From assembly GCA_008632985.1 (NCBI GenBank), contig QPGO01000100.1, positions 288,037 to 308,036 of the forward strand: a stretch of DNA of 20,000 nt. Direction: 5' to 3'. Under the pieces are notes generated by a model, which saw only the letters and a list, made by a program, of their open reading frames with translations, ran no database searches and was not told the origin of the DNA. How positions within the stretch are numbered: the stretch's first letter is position 1; each line of letters starts with the position of its first letter. This DNA is from Psammoneis japonica. Taxonomy: Eukaryota. Below are positions 10,228 to 19,243 of the stretch, one piece after another. The translations under genes were made by a program, and so were the position numbers.

Positions 10228-11532
10228 ATGAATTCAAAAATGGAGTTCCAGCCACTGGTCGTTGAATCAGGTGATGACTACCGAGACGACGGCGATCCCA
10301 AATCGTCTAAAACGAACAGCAAAATCCACTCTTCTCCCACAACCTTATCTACAAAACGCCTGCGGCTGCTCGTGCCATTAGTTTTTCTATGCGGAATTAT
10401 TGCAAGCCGAACCGTTACAATACTATTCTCGAGAACTAATTCCAAGGAAGCCCCCAGCTTCGAAATCGACGACAACAAGGAAGAAGAGGGAGCGGAAGAG
10501 TCTATCATAGACTCGGACAAGAGCATGACGCCCATTAGTACGGCTTCTGTGGAGGCTACCAGCCAGCCAGCGAAAATCGAGTGCATCTGGGGTCCTAAAG
10601 CGCAAGACGAGTGTAAAGATTTCCTGAATGCTCGCCTTCCTTACTCTCAACCAAACAGGTCGCCTAGCAGTAGTCGGATTGGCCATCGTTGGTTATTTTT
10701 CGGTGACAGCACAATGACACGGCTGGTTCGGACAACAAATCTTAGTGTCTATCTGGCTCGCAAGGCAGCTGATAGAATCAACAAGGAATGCCCAGACAAG
10801 TTCGAATGTGACCTGCGGCTTGCAAAGAAATGCATGTACAACGAGAAATTTGATTTGGAATACCGAAGGAACATGGACTGGACACCTCCCGACTATTTAA
10901 ACAAGGCTGAGGGACCTAGAGATGTTCCAAATGAGCCCTACTGTGTAGATTGTGGGGGGTGCAGATACGAGTTTGTAGTCTGTAAAGATTTGGGGCCTAA
11001 CAGGACATGCAACGGTCTTGACGCACCAGTTACACATGGAGGGTTGATCACTGTGGAATTCGCTAGAGATGTCGAGATGCAAAGTCCTGAATTTCTAACC
11101 ACGCAAGAAAATGTTGCTGCATTCATGGCTCGCTCGTTTTCTCCACAATCGATTGTCGATTCCCTCGGCAAGCCCGTGTGCGTGGTAAATACTGGGACGC
11201 ATGACTCCAAGATCCCAAAAATCACAACAGAAAAGTTTATGACCAACCTCAAGTGGTATCTTGGTCTACTAGAGCCACAGTGCGAACACATTATATATCT
11301 TGCCACGGTTGCTCCCGAAGCAGATCGGTTCCCCGGACACATTGCCTTGATGTATGAATGGAATATCAAAGTCCACGAGTTTCTCGCCACGGATGCGAAA
11401 TTTCAAGAAAAATCTACGTTTATCAATGTATTCAACACTTCAAAGGAGGAGGAGCACGATGGGAAAATACATATGGAACAATCATGGTACGATGATCTCG
11501 CATCCTTGTTTATGCCACTTATTGATAAGTAG
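10228..11532 (+). CDS. Type II membrane SGNH/GDSL-like (PC-esterase/TBL-like) protein, putative polysaccharide O-acyltransferase or esterase
   Basis: Intact 434-aa ORF with one N-terminal TM segment (LLVPLVFLCGIIA), an acidic stem, WLFFGDSTM (GDS nucleophile), VVNTGTHD and C-terminal HDGKIHM. Confidence 0.75.
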   Translation: MNSKMEFQPLVVESGDDYRDDGDPKSSKTNSKIHSSPTTLSTKRLRLLVPLVFLCGIIASRTVTILFSRTNSKEAPSFEIDDNKEEEGAEESIIDSDKSMTPISTASVEATSQPAKIECIWGPKAQDECKDFLNARLPYSQPNRSPSSSRIGHRWLFFGDSTMTRLVRTTNLSVYLARKAADRINKECPDKFECDLRLAKKCMYNEKFDLEYRRNMDWTPPDYLNKAEGPRDVPNEPYCVDCGGCRYEFVVCKDLGPNRTCNGLDAPVTHGGLITVEFARDVEMQSPEFLTTQENVAAFMARSFSPQSIVDSLGKPVCVVNTGTHDSKIPKITTEKFMTNLKWYLGLLEPQCEHIIYLATVAPEADRFPGHIALMYEWNIKVHEFLATDAKFQEKSTFINVFNTSKEEEHDGKIHMEQSWYDDLASLFMPLIDK

Positions 11533-11781
11533 ATAGCCCGAAGCCCAAAAGGGATGCATTTGCAGCGGGGAACGAAGCGTTCACGGGGTTAAGATCTAAA
11601 AGTAGGGGGACTTTATGACACACACACTAAGATATTTTATGTCTAACAAGAGCGACTGCTCCTCCCGATTCATGCTGTTGAAAACGTTCGGGTTGTCCTG
11701 AAAAAAATCTTGGATGGCTCCTGCATGAGGATTTTGGTAGTAACCCCTCACGCTTCTAGTCGAGCCACCTTTGTTCAGAAA

Positions 11782-12498
11782 CTACTCAGTCGCCTCAAGG
11801 AACCCAGATCTCCTTAATTATTCGTCGTTACGATGGTTCTGATAGAGTCTTGTAAGAATTTCATTTTGTTGGTGTCTTGGGGAGTAGTCACACGAATGAA
11901 CAGGTCAGAGCAGCAGCAGTCGTCAAGGTCCGCGAACTTCTTGACGAAGTAACGGACTCTTTGTTCATAGTCCGTTGGAATTTCTGCAAAGGCCTTGGAT
12001 GGTTCCTGGTCTTGAATGCCGCTCGACAGAATCTGCTTTGCAAACAGGTCCTTTTGATTGAGCACGAGGATTTTGGAAATATCGTTTGCTTCTTTTGAAT
12101 CACAAAGCCTCTCCCAACTCTCCAATGCGCGCTTCATTCGATTCTTCCTTGCGTGCTTAGTGACACTTTTTGCTTTATCTGGACCATACTCGTCGTCATT
12201 TGGCAAGTCTGCAACGAACAAGGCCGCATCCCTGTATTTGAGATACTTGGTCCAGTCACCATTTGGTTGACTTACACACAAACGAGACACGTCGAGAAAC
12301 TCATGCTCAAATCCATCAATCAGGTACCTATATTTGGTAATGAAAGATGAAATTGATTCAACTCTCTCGTACCTTCCATATCGCTCTCGTATCGCTCAAA
12401 GAGCGCCACGAGAGCTTTAGGATCTCCCTCACAAGAATCCTGACTTTGTCCAGGTTCGCTCGCTCCAAGACATGCTCTTCCGGCGCAGGTGCAATCAT
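11782..12498 (-). pseudogene. Degenerate G-alpha-like gene, copy 1 (about 3 frameshifts; pseudogene or assembly errors)
   Basis: ALFVADL..DDEY...NRMKRALESWERLC...ILVLNQKDLFAKQI...VRYFVKKF...FIRVT...DTNKMKFLQDSIRTIVTTNN/LRRSGFL; high DNA similarity to 13469-14293. Indels near 12430, 12395 and 11815. Confidence 0.8.
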
Positions 12499-13468
12499 GG
12501 TTACTGTACCAACAAAATGCTTTCTCTAACTATGTCATTTTCATAAAATGTCGCATTACGTAGGAAATGAAGTTCACGTTTGCTACACTGTATGCAACAT
12601 TTTTTCTTCTTGCTGCCACGTCGGGTTGGGGGTTCGCGCTTCGATCCTTGCTTCGAGATGGTTGATTCTTGTTTTTGTTTGTCACCCGCGATCTTTCAGT
12701 CATGGGTCGTGCGATAGAGGTGGAATCAGGAATCTTTCGATTTACACCTGTTTCAACAAAAATGAAGGAGCGATAATAAGGAGCAACACCGCAACACCAT
12801 GGCGGCGCCATCTGCCGTAGGAGATTGATAGCCGGGCTTCTTTCTGCTGTTACTAACGCAGTCAGACATGAAGGTGATTTGAAGGTCTGAAAAGGCCATC
12901 AAACCGCTCCTAAAAGACACGAGATAGACGCATGAGGAGAAAGGCGCGTCCGTGCCGGGCGTTTACCTACGTTCAAGGAGAAACTTAGAGACACACTACA
13001 CACCCCATGTAAACAAAGCGTTTGATGGATACCTAAGGAGGCATTTTATGTTGAAAGGATAGCAAGATACAGCGAGATTCACGAATTGCTCATCACATCA
13101 ATCTGATCGCTTTGGTCTTGTTCTCCCTGTGAGCGTCCCACAAAGAGAGATCATGAATTAACTTCATAAGTTGTAAGTATAGTCTTTGTTCTCGTAAGTT
13201 GTACTGAAAAGCACCATCCCACATGACGAAGACAAAAACCTTTGCACAGGGAGTTGGATACGTGGTACAAGTCTTTGGACTTGGTGGATTACGATGAAAA
13301 GAACATACTTTCTCTCTGATGGGTGGGATCACATAGTTTGTTGATCAATCGGTGCACCAGAACAGCAAAGTCAGTCTCTCTCACATGATTTCTTCCATCC
13401 TGTTGTCTTTTCAGGAAACTTATGCTTTGACTCTGGTCTCGAAATGTACAGTATTTTGTTGGTATAAA

Positions 13469-14293
13469 CTACCGTGGAAAAGAACGCGTGACGAAAGCTC
13501 GATTCATCATTCGACGTTCAGCCTTTCCAAGCCAGTTCTTGACTCTGCGCGCAACAGACGCAGTGTCTGCTGAGCCATCCAGCAACCCAGATCTTTGTAA
13601 ATTTCCAATCATGATGATGGATCCGATACATTCTAGTATGAAGTCCGAGTTGGCGCTATCGTGCGGAGAAGTCACACGAATGTACAAGTTGGAACGGTGA
13701 CAGTCTTCACATTCTTTGAACTTTTGGATGAAGTACCGGACTCCCTGTTCAAAGTGTTTTGGTTTCCCTGCAAAGTCCCTGAATGGTCCCTGATCTTGAA
13801 TGTCACTCGACAGAATCTTTTCCGCAAACGTATCCTTTTGATTCAGTATGAGGATTTTGGAAATCCCCTTTGCTTCTGGTGAATTGCACAGTCTCGCCCA
13901 ACTCTCCAAGGTGCGAGCCATTCGATTCTTCCTTGCCGGTTTACTATCACTGTACTCTTTGCTGGAATCGCAGTATTCATCATAGTCGGCTAAGTCTGCA
14001 ATGAACAAGACCGCGTCCCTGTTTGATAGATACTTGGTCCAGTCACCGTTCGATTGACTTGCAAACAAACGAGACACGTCGAGAAACTCAAGCTCAACTC
14101 CATCAATTAGGTACAAGTACCTATATTTGGTAATGGAATCTGAACTTGATTCAACTCTCTCGAACCGTCCATATCGTTGTCGTATCCCTTCAAAGAGTGC
14201 TGCTTGTGCTTTCGGATCTCCCATTCCGATTACGAGTATTCTGACTTTGTCCTGGTCCGGTTGCTCCAAGACATGCTCTTCCGGTGCAATCAT
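13469..14293 (-). CDS. Degenerate heterotrimeric G-protein alpha-like protein lacking the helical domain, copy 2 (intact, 274 aa)
   Basis: The G-alpha C-terminal half is recognisable: DAVLFIADLADYDE, NRM..TLESW..LCNS, ILILNQKDTFAEKI, GVRYFIQKF, YIRVTSPHD, IIMIGNLQRSGLL. The G1, G3, G4 and G5 boxes are altered. Confidence 0.85.
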   Translation of the reverse strand: MIAPEEHVLEQPDQDKVRILVIGMGDPKAQAALFEGIRQRYGRFERVESSSDSITKYRYLYLIDGVELEFLDVSRLFASQSNGDWTKYLSNRDAVLFIADLADYDEYCDSSKEYSDSKPARKNRMARTLESWARLCNSPEAKGISKILILNQKDTFAEKILSSDIQDQGPFRDFAGKPKHFEQGVRYFIQKFKECEDCHRSNLYIRVTSPHDSANSDFILECIGSIIMIGNLQRSGLLDGSADTASVARRVKNWLGKAERRMMNRAFVTRSFPR

Positions 14294-14536
14294 GGTTGCC
14301 AATTGTGCTTTCTCTATTTGCGTTTAATTCTATAAAGTGTCGCGGTAATGAAAGTACTTCACCTTTCTATGCAGTTTGTGAATGCAGTATTTGCTTTTTC
14401 TTTGAGTTCGCATCTATTTTCAATGCGCTCTGCTTGTCAGAAGAATTGTAAAGCGCGGTGTCAGTCGTGGGTGATGGGTCGTGGGAAATGCGACGACCCG
14501 CCTTACTTACAGTATGGCCCTCTCTCTACTCTACCG

Positions 14537-14596
14537 GTAGCTACTCTCTACTCTACTCTAGCTAGCTAGACTAGATAGAGAGTAGAGAGTAGCTAC
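14537..14596. repeat. Perfect 18-bp inverted repeat in a CTAG/TAGAG-rich low-complexity island
   Basis: GTAGCTACTCTCTACTCT (14537-14554) pairs with AGAGTAGAGAGTAGCTAC (14579-14596); internal palindrome TCTAGCTAGCTAGA at 14557-14570. Confidence 0.9.
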
Positions 14597-15718
14597 AGAA
14601 GATTGTGAAGTTGTAGATTATATACGAGGACCCTCTTCTCACTCAATACGCTCTGTGTATAGTCATAAATTATTATCTCAAATCGTTTTAGACATTCAAA
14701 CTCAATCCATTTCGAAAGGAAAAGCTGACGTACTGTGATAACGCCATCGTTACAATCGGCGACCTCACTGGCTTATTCTTTTTGACCGTTTGGAATCGGT
14801 CAGCAAGGCGCACTACCGCGGCGGTGACGCTAGTAGTAAGTGTTGTAGGCTTTGGGCTCGGCATTTGCGCGGAAATTTTGATTCTGGTTTCACGTCGCTC
14901 ACTACTTGAGTGCAAAAACGAAAACGAAAGGGAGACTCCATCCAGGTTTGTCATAGTAGCCGGGACGTGGATACTGTAGGAACTTGAAATTACTCTCTAG
15001 GAGATTTTAATTGCTGTGGCGGCTTTTCCTCTCTCCAGGCCGGTACAGATGCAGCGAGCTCAAAACGACCGTTGATGGCTCATTCATCTCATTTTCCTTG
15101 TGAAATGTTAACACCAACAAAAGACTCCTCAAATTACAGTGGGCTTATATTATAAACCACTTGAAGGAACGAAAGCCGATTACTTGGCGAACTCGGTAGG
15201 TAAAGAAGTTGAACCAGCACGGGCCAAGAAGAAAGATCGTGGCTACAATGACGAGGATAGTTAAAAAAAAGCATAAGTATTTGTGGCTGCTATTAATAGA
15301 GGTATTGATGCAGACAAAACATATTTGCGGGCTGCAAGCTAAAGCAGAATACAGCTACCGCACTCCAAAATGGGCAATTACAAATATGAGCCATGACGAA
15401 TTCATGAAGAGGAAACTCAAAATAGAAGTACGATGGTCAACCCAATCCTTAGATATCCATATACTTGAGGAATACGTTGCGTTTGCGACTATCATTTGTC
15501 CCTGTCCGCAGAACAAGCAGCAGCCAAGGCAACGTCATACTGGCTACAAGAGAGAGCAGGTACGACACCCCTGAGAGCGCATTCAACAGATGTCCCAAAT
15601 CTCATAGACATCCACACAATTCTAATCTAAAACAGACACCAGGAATGCAATAGTATCGTGAGATTTGCCCTGCAATTGTTCGGACAGTGCAATGATACCT
15701 TCACACCAATCGTCGAAT

Positions 15719-16835
15719 TCAAGGACTGTGTCGTTTTAACCGTTTGAAAGGTGGAGGAGCAACGCTTTCTTCCACTATGGCGACGCTAGTATCATAGATT
15801 TTGGTTTCAGGGTTCATGCGGAAGAGCTTGTATACAACCGTCAAGGGCGACGTATTTTCAGCAGCGGCAAGCATGAATGGAAAGAGTCCGTTCTGGTCTT
15901 GGACTGCAAGCAAAGCCGGATGAGCGTTGACCAGAGTGTCAACGCCCTCATCCCATTCTCGGCCGCTTTCGATTGCTAGATGCAAAGGCAGCTTTCCATC
16001 TTGGTTTGGTTCCTTAGCAAGATCAGGCTTTGCATCCACCAGTATCTGCATCGTTGTTTTCAGAGTTCCGCATCGCCGTTCCGTCCTTGCTGCAACGGCC
16101 GCATCATTTATCTTAAAAGTGGAACAGCAACACAATGGACTTTCACAAGTGTGTTTGTCAAAAGAAGCAGATGCAGCAACATGGATGGGCATGTTACCAT
16201 CCTCGTCCATCTCTTTTATTTGATCACGATTTCCTACAATTGCAAGTTGGAGTAGACTTGGTGGACAGTGTTCGATCCCACAACATGCGTGGAACAGTCT
16301 GAATGCCTTTCCGTCAGACAAAAAAGTGTCTGCAATCGACCGATGGTAAAACGCTTTTAGCACAAGCGTCAGCCTCTCGAAAAAATCATTGTTTAAGTCC
16401 CGACTCTCATCACGGAGGGTATTTGCTGCAATGCTTGCAAGAGTACTTTCCCCAGTTTCGATGAGACGGCATGCTTGTCTCATTTTCTTGTGATTGCACG
16501 TGCACAACAGTGTCAAAGCATTCATCCTGCGATTTTTGGCCACGCCGGTGTGATGGTTAATAGATCTGCACGTAACAAGCTTTGTTGCATCCGGCCCATT
16601 CTCAGTCTGCAAACCGGACTGGAGCATTGCTTTCAGCAACATTCGAACAACAGCCACCGAGCTTCTAAGAATCGCATGATTCAACGGAATCACAGCATTC
16701 GCATTGCGAACGCTCACGATGGACAGCATTCTGCTCAACAGAGCAGCAACGAAATGCTCCTCATGTGGGGATACGTTGACGCAGCCAAAGTCAATTGGTG
16801 TGCATCCGGTCCGAGGGTCGCTTGCGGTTGCGAGA
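15719..16835 (-). pseudogene. Ankyrin-repeat-like gene, 3' part, separated from its start by the transposon
   Basis: DEDGNMPIHVAA, NQDGKLPLHLAIESG..W, QDQNGLFPFMLAA...L.VVYKLFRMNP are ankyrin-like repeats. It joins 19244-19350 in frame once the element and one TSD are removed. Confidence 0.85.
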
Positions 16836-16842
16836 CTCCGAA

Positions 16843-19243
16843 TCAAACCCCCAGAAAATTATATTTTTAATTTCCCGCCAGTGCTAGAGCTGTTCCATTA
16901 ATTGCAACTAGAGCTAGAGAGGCTGCAATTAAATTGCAATTAATTGTACAATTGCGACCCAGCAATTACCGCTAATCTTCGTCATCATCGTCATCATCAT
17001 CGCTCGCCACCATGGCCGCCATGGCTGCAATGAGAGCCTCCTCTTCAATCCTCTTGGATGCTCGGCTTTCCTTGTTTTTCTCCAACCTCTTGTTGTTGGC
17101 TTCAACCACATCGCTGACACTCCAGAGATTCTTGTTTTCCTTCAGAAACAAGATCATTTCAAAAACGAGTGGAGACAAACCGGCCCTTCGCTTGGTCATG
17201 ATGTCGTCGGCCTTGCTCCACAGTTGTTCCACCACTGCTGCACTGCCCATGATGAAGCCACAATCAATGTACAAAGACTCGTTCTCCATTTCCCTGGCAG
17301 CCCGCTTGTTGTCTGCTTCCACCGCCTTGTCGATGTCGTCGTCACTGCTGTCGCTGCTGTCATCGCTCTCCTCGTCCCCTTCTGCAGAACCACCCCCACG
17401 ACGTTCAAAGCTGGATTTGAGCAGAAACCTGCAAGCCTGCTTTTCAGCTTTAGTCAATTCGCTCTCGTAGGCCACTCCTTTCTGAATCTTAGCCACTCCT
17501 GTCTCAAAGTCGGGGTGCGTGGACAAGCCGTTGTCGGGCTTGATCTTTTCATCTCCCAGGGTGCACTTGCAGTGACTGCTTTTGGGCTTGTGCGCTTTCC
17601 TTGTCACCTTCGAATGCAGCTTGTTCAGAAGATCTTGGCACTTGCTGAGCGATTTCTTTTTGCTCTGCATGTGGGCCGACACCTTCTTCATCTGCTTCAG
17701 ATGCCGGCCGTGAGTCTTGCATTTCCCAATGAAGGACATCTCTGCAGTTTCCTGGTGTTCCTGCAGCTTGCCCGACTTGTCCTCTTCAACAAGTTTGTGG
17801 CAATGAGGGTGGAGCTTCAGGTGGGACCCGAGGGCTTCTTCCGACCCTGTCCACTTCCTTGTGATGGATGCAGCCTTTGCACGGACGCTGCTGTGCTTGT
17901 CAGGCTTGGCAGCGGCATTTCGGAGTGCAGTGGAACATTTGGCGGAGGCCCTCACAGATGAAGATAGATTGCACACCTTGGTGGTGCAATCCTTCAGCTC
18001 CTCATTCCGTGCCATCATCAGGTCATTCTGCAGCGCCAGGTTGTGATTCTTGCAAGACACATGAGGATGGCCCATGTCGTTTGCAACCTTGATGTTGACG
18101 GATGCACTGTCGGCGGCTTGACAAAGGATGAACGATGTGGCATGCTTGTCACACACGTCGAATGTTTCTTCAATGAAGTTCCGGTGGTGGTCCGCATCAA
18201 ATGACACCGCTTCGAGGTCCTTGTCATCCTCGTCATCCTCCGACATGGCCGGCATGGGTGATGCCAACAGCAAACGCAACTCGTGCATCTCTCTTGTTTC
18301 CTCGGTTCTGTCTGCAATGATGCGCAGCTTCTTGTTGAAAGAAGAATGCAGGGCCACATGATGGACACCGCACTTGGTCCAGCCATCACAAACAACTTGG
18401 CAACCCGGCGCCATTTCCATCACATCAGTGATCTTCCCCTCTGCTGTCTCAGCAAGGTGAAACATGGTGTCCAGCACCGTCTCTGTGCCAGACACTTCAG
18501 GACACTTTGCATGAGACCGTTCGACCTCATTCGTCACGCAGCTGACTGGACGATTTAGAAGGACGATTTTCTCTATCCACACATGGAGCGAGCGGTGGAA
18601 ATTAGTGACAGCCTGAAATTTCTGTTGCACTGGTGCCAAGTTGCCCTCTTTTGCCTCTGCTTCCTTTGCTTCGGCTTCAGCCAATTGTTTTCTGCGCTCA
18701 GCAACAATGACAGGAGCCTGGTCCTTGATGCAAGAGAGCCAATGGTTGCAGGGGTTGGCAAACCCATCTTTCTTCTTGATGAATTTCGAGTGGTTCTTGC
18801 AGTTTGGGCACGTGATTTTATGTCCTTTTACGTCCTCATCGAGAAGCGTGACGGTCGTTTCTTCAACATCCATGACAAGGAGCACAAGTTCTTTGCCCTT
18901 GGGCAAGTCTCCTGCTTGCTCCATTGTGGAGGAAGGAAGTGGGATGCAATGTGACATGCCGTTCACGACGACGACGACAACAACAACAAACAAACTGAGC
19001 AAAAGTGCCAGAACCACACCGACAATTCCTCACCACGGAGTCATGACCGTGTGGAAAACCACGTCTTTTTTGCACTGAGAAAGACACAACAAAGATGCAA
19101 TTTTTTATGTGCAATGTTCAGCAATTAAGCACAATGTAACTCAAGCCAATGCATTGAGGAACAGGTGAACGTGCTGCAATTAATTGACAATTGCAGTTGA
19201 TTGCAACCAATTGCATTGGCAATTGATTGTTCTGGGGGTTTGA
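16843..19243 (-). mobile_element. Complete hAT-like DNA transposon, 2401 bp, perfect 14-bp TIRs, 7-bp TSD CTCCGAA
   Basis: TCAAACCCCCAGAA (16843-16856) and TTCTGGGGGTTTGA (19230-19243); CTCCGAA at 16836-16842 and 19244-19250; GCAATT/AATTGC subterminal motifs at both ends; internal transposase ORF. Confidence 0.93.
16972..18924 (-). CDS. hAT-like DDE transposase (~650 aa), open frame but heavily Tyr-depleted and probably inactivated
   Basis: BED-like finger CPNC...NHWLSC; DGWT; ADSASVN; CKNHNLAL (CxxH); TRKW; GSAAVVEQLWS; RRAGLSPLVFEMILFLKEN. Only 2 Tyr. Start taken at MEQAGD (18924). Confidence 0.88.
   Translation of the reverse strand: MEQAGDLPKGKELVLLVMDVEETTVTLLDEDVKGHKITCPNCKNHSKFIKKKDGFANPCNHWLSCIKDQAPVIVAERRKQLAEAEAKEAEAKEGNLAPVQQKFQAVTNFHRSLHVWIEKIVLLNRPVSCVTNEVERSHAKCPEVSGTETVLDTMFHLAETAEGKITDVMEMAPGCQVVCDGWTKCGVHHVALHSSFNKKLRIIADRTEETREMHELRLLLASPMPAMSEDDEDDKDLEAVSFDADHHRNFIEETFDVCDKHATSFILCQAADSASVNIKVANDMGHPHVSCKNHNLALQNDLMMARNEELKDCTTKVCNLSSSVRASAKCSTALRNAAAKPDKHSSVRAKAASITRKWTGSEEALGSHLKLHPHCHKLVEEDKSGKLQEHQETAEMSFIGKCKTHGRHLKQMKKVSAHMQSKKKSLSKCQDLLNKLHSKVTRKAHKPKSSHCKCTLGDEKIKPDNGLSTHPDFETGVAKIQKGVAYESELTKAEKQACRFLLKSSFERRGGGSAEGDEESDDSSDSSDDDIDKAVEADNKRAAREMENESLYIDCGFIMGSAAVVEQLWSKADDIMTKRRAGLSPLVFEMILFLKENKNLWSVSDVVEANNKRLEKNKESRASKRIEEEALIAAMAAMVASDDDDDDDED

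Noticed and set aside
14688..15653. Short ORFs 14688-14954 (-), 15209-15574 (+) and neighbours
   Set aside because: No recognisable motifs; consistent with intergenic chance ORFs.
18925..19017. Signal peptide-like N-terminus (MVLALLLSLFVVVVVVVV) on the transposase
   Set aside because: It is translated from a GTT/GTC microsatellite upstream of the likely ATG and starts at a non-ATG codon.
16981..19080. CpG methylation decay or classical RIP as the cause of the TG/CA excess
   Set aside because: Those are C>T processes. CpG remains frequent here, and RIP would raise TpA rather than remove it.
17012..19114. Long antisense or alternate-frame ORFs inside the transposon (e.g. 17224-17961 +)
   Set aside because: Same stop-codon depletion artefact; they are shadows of the transposase.
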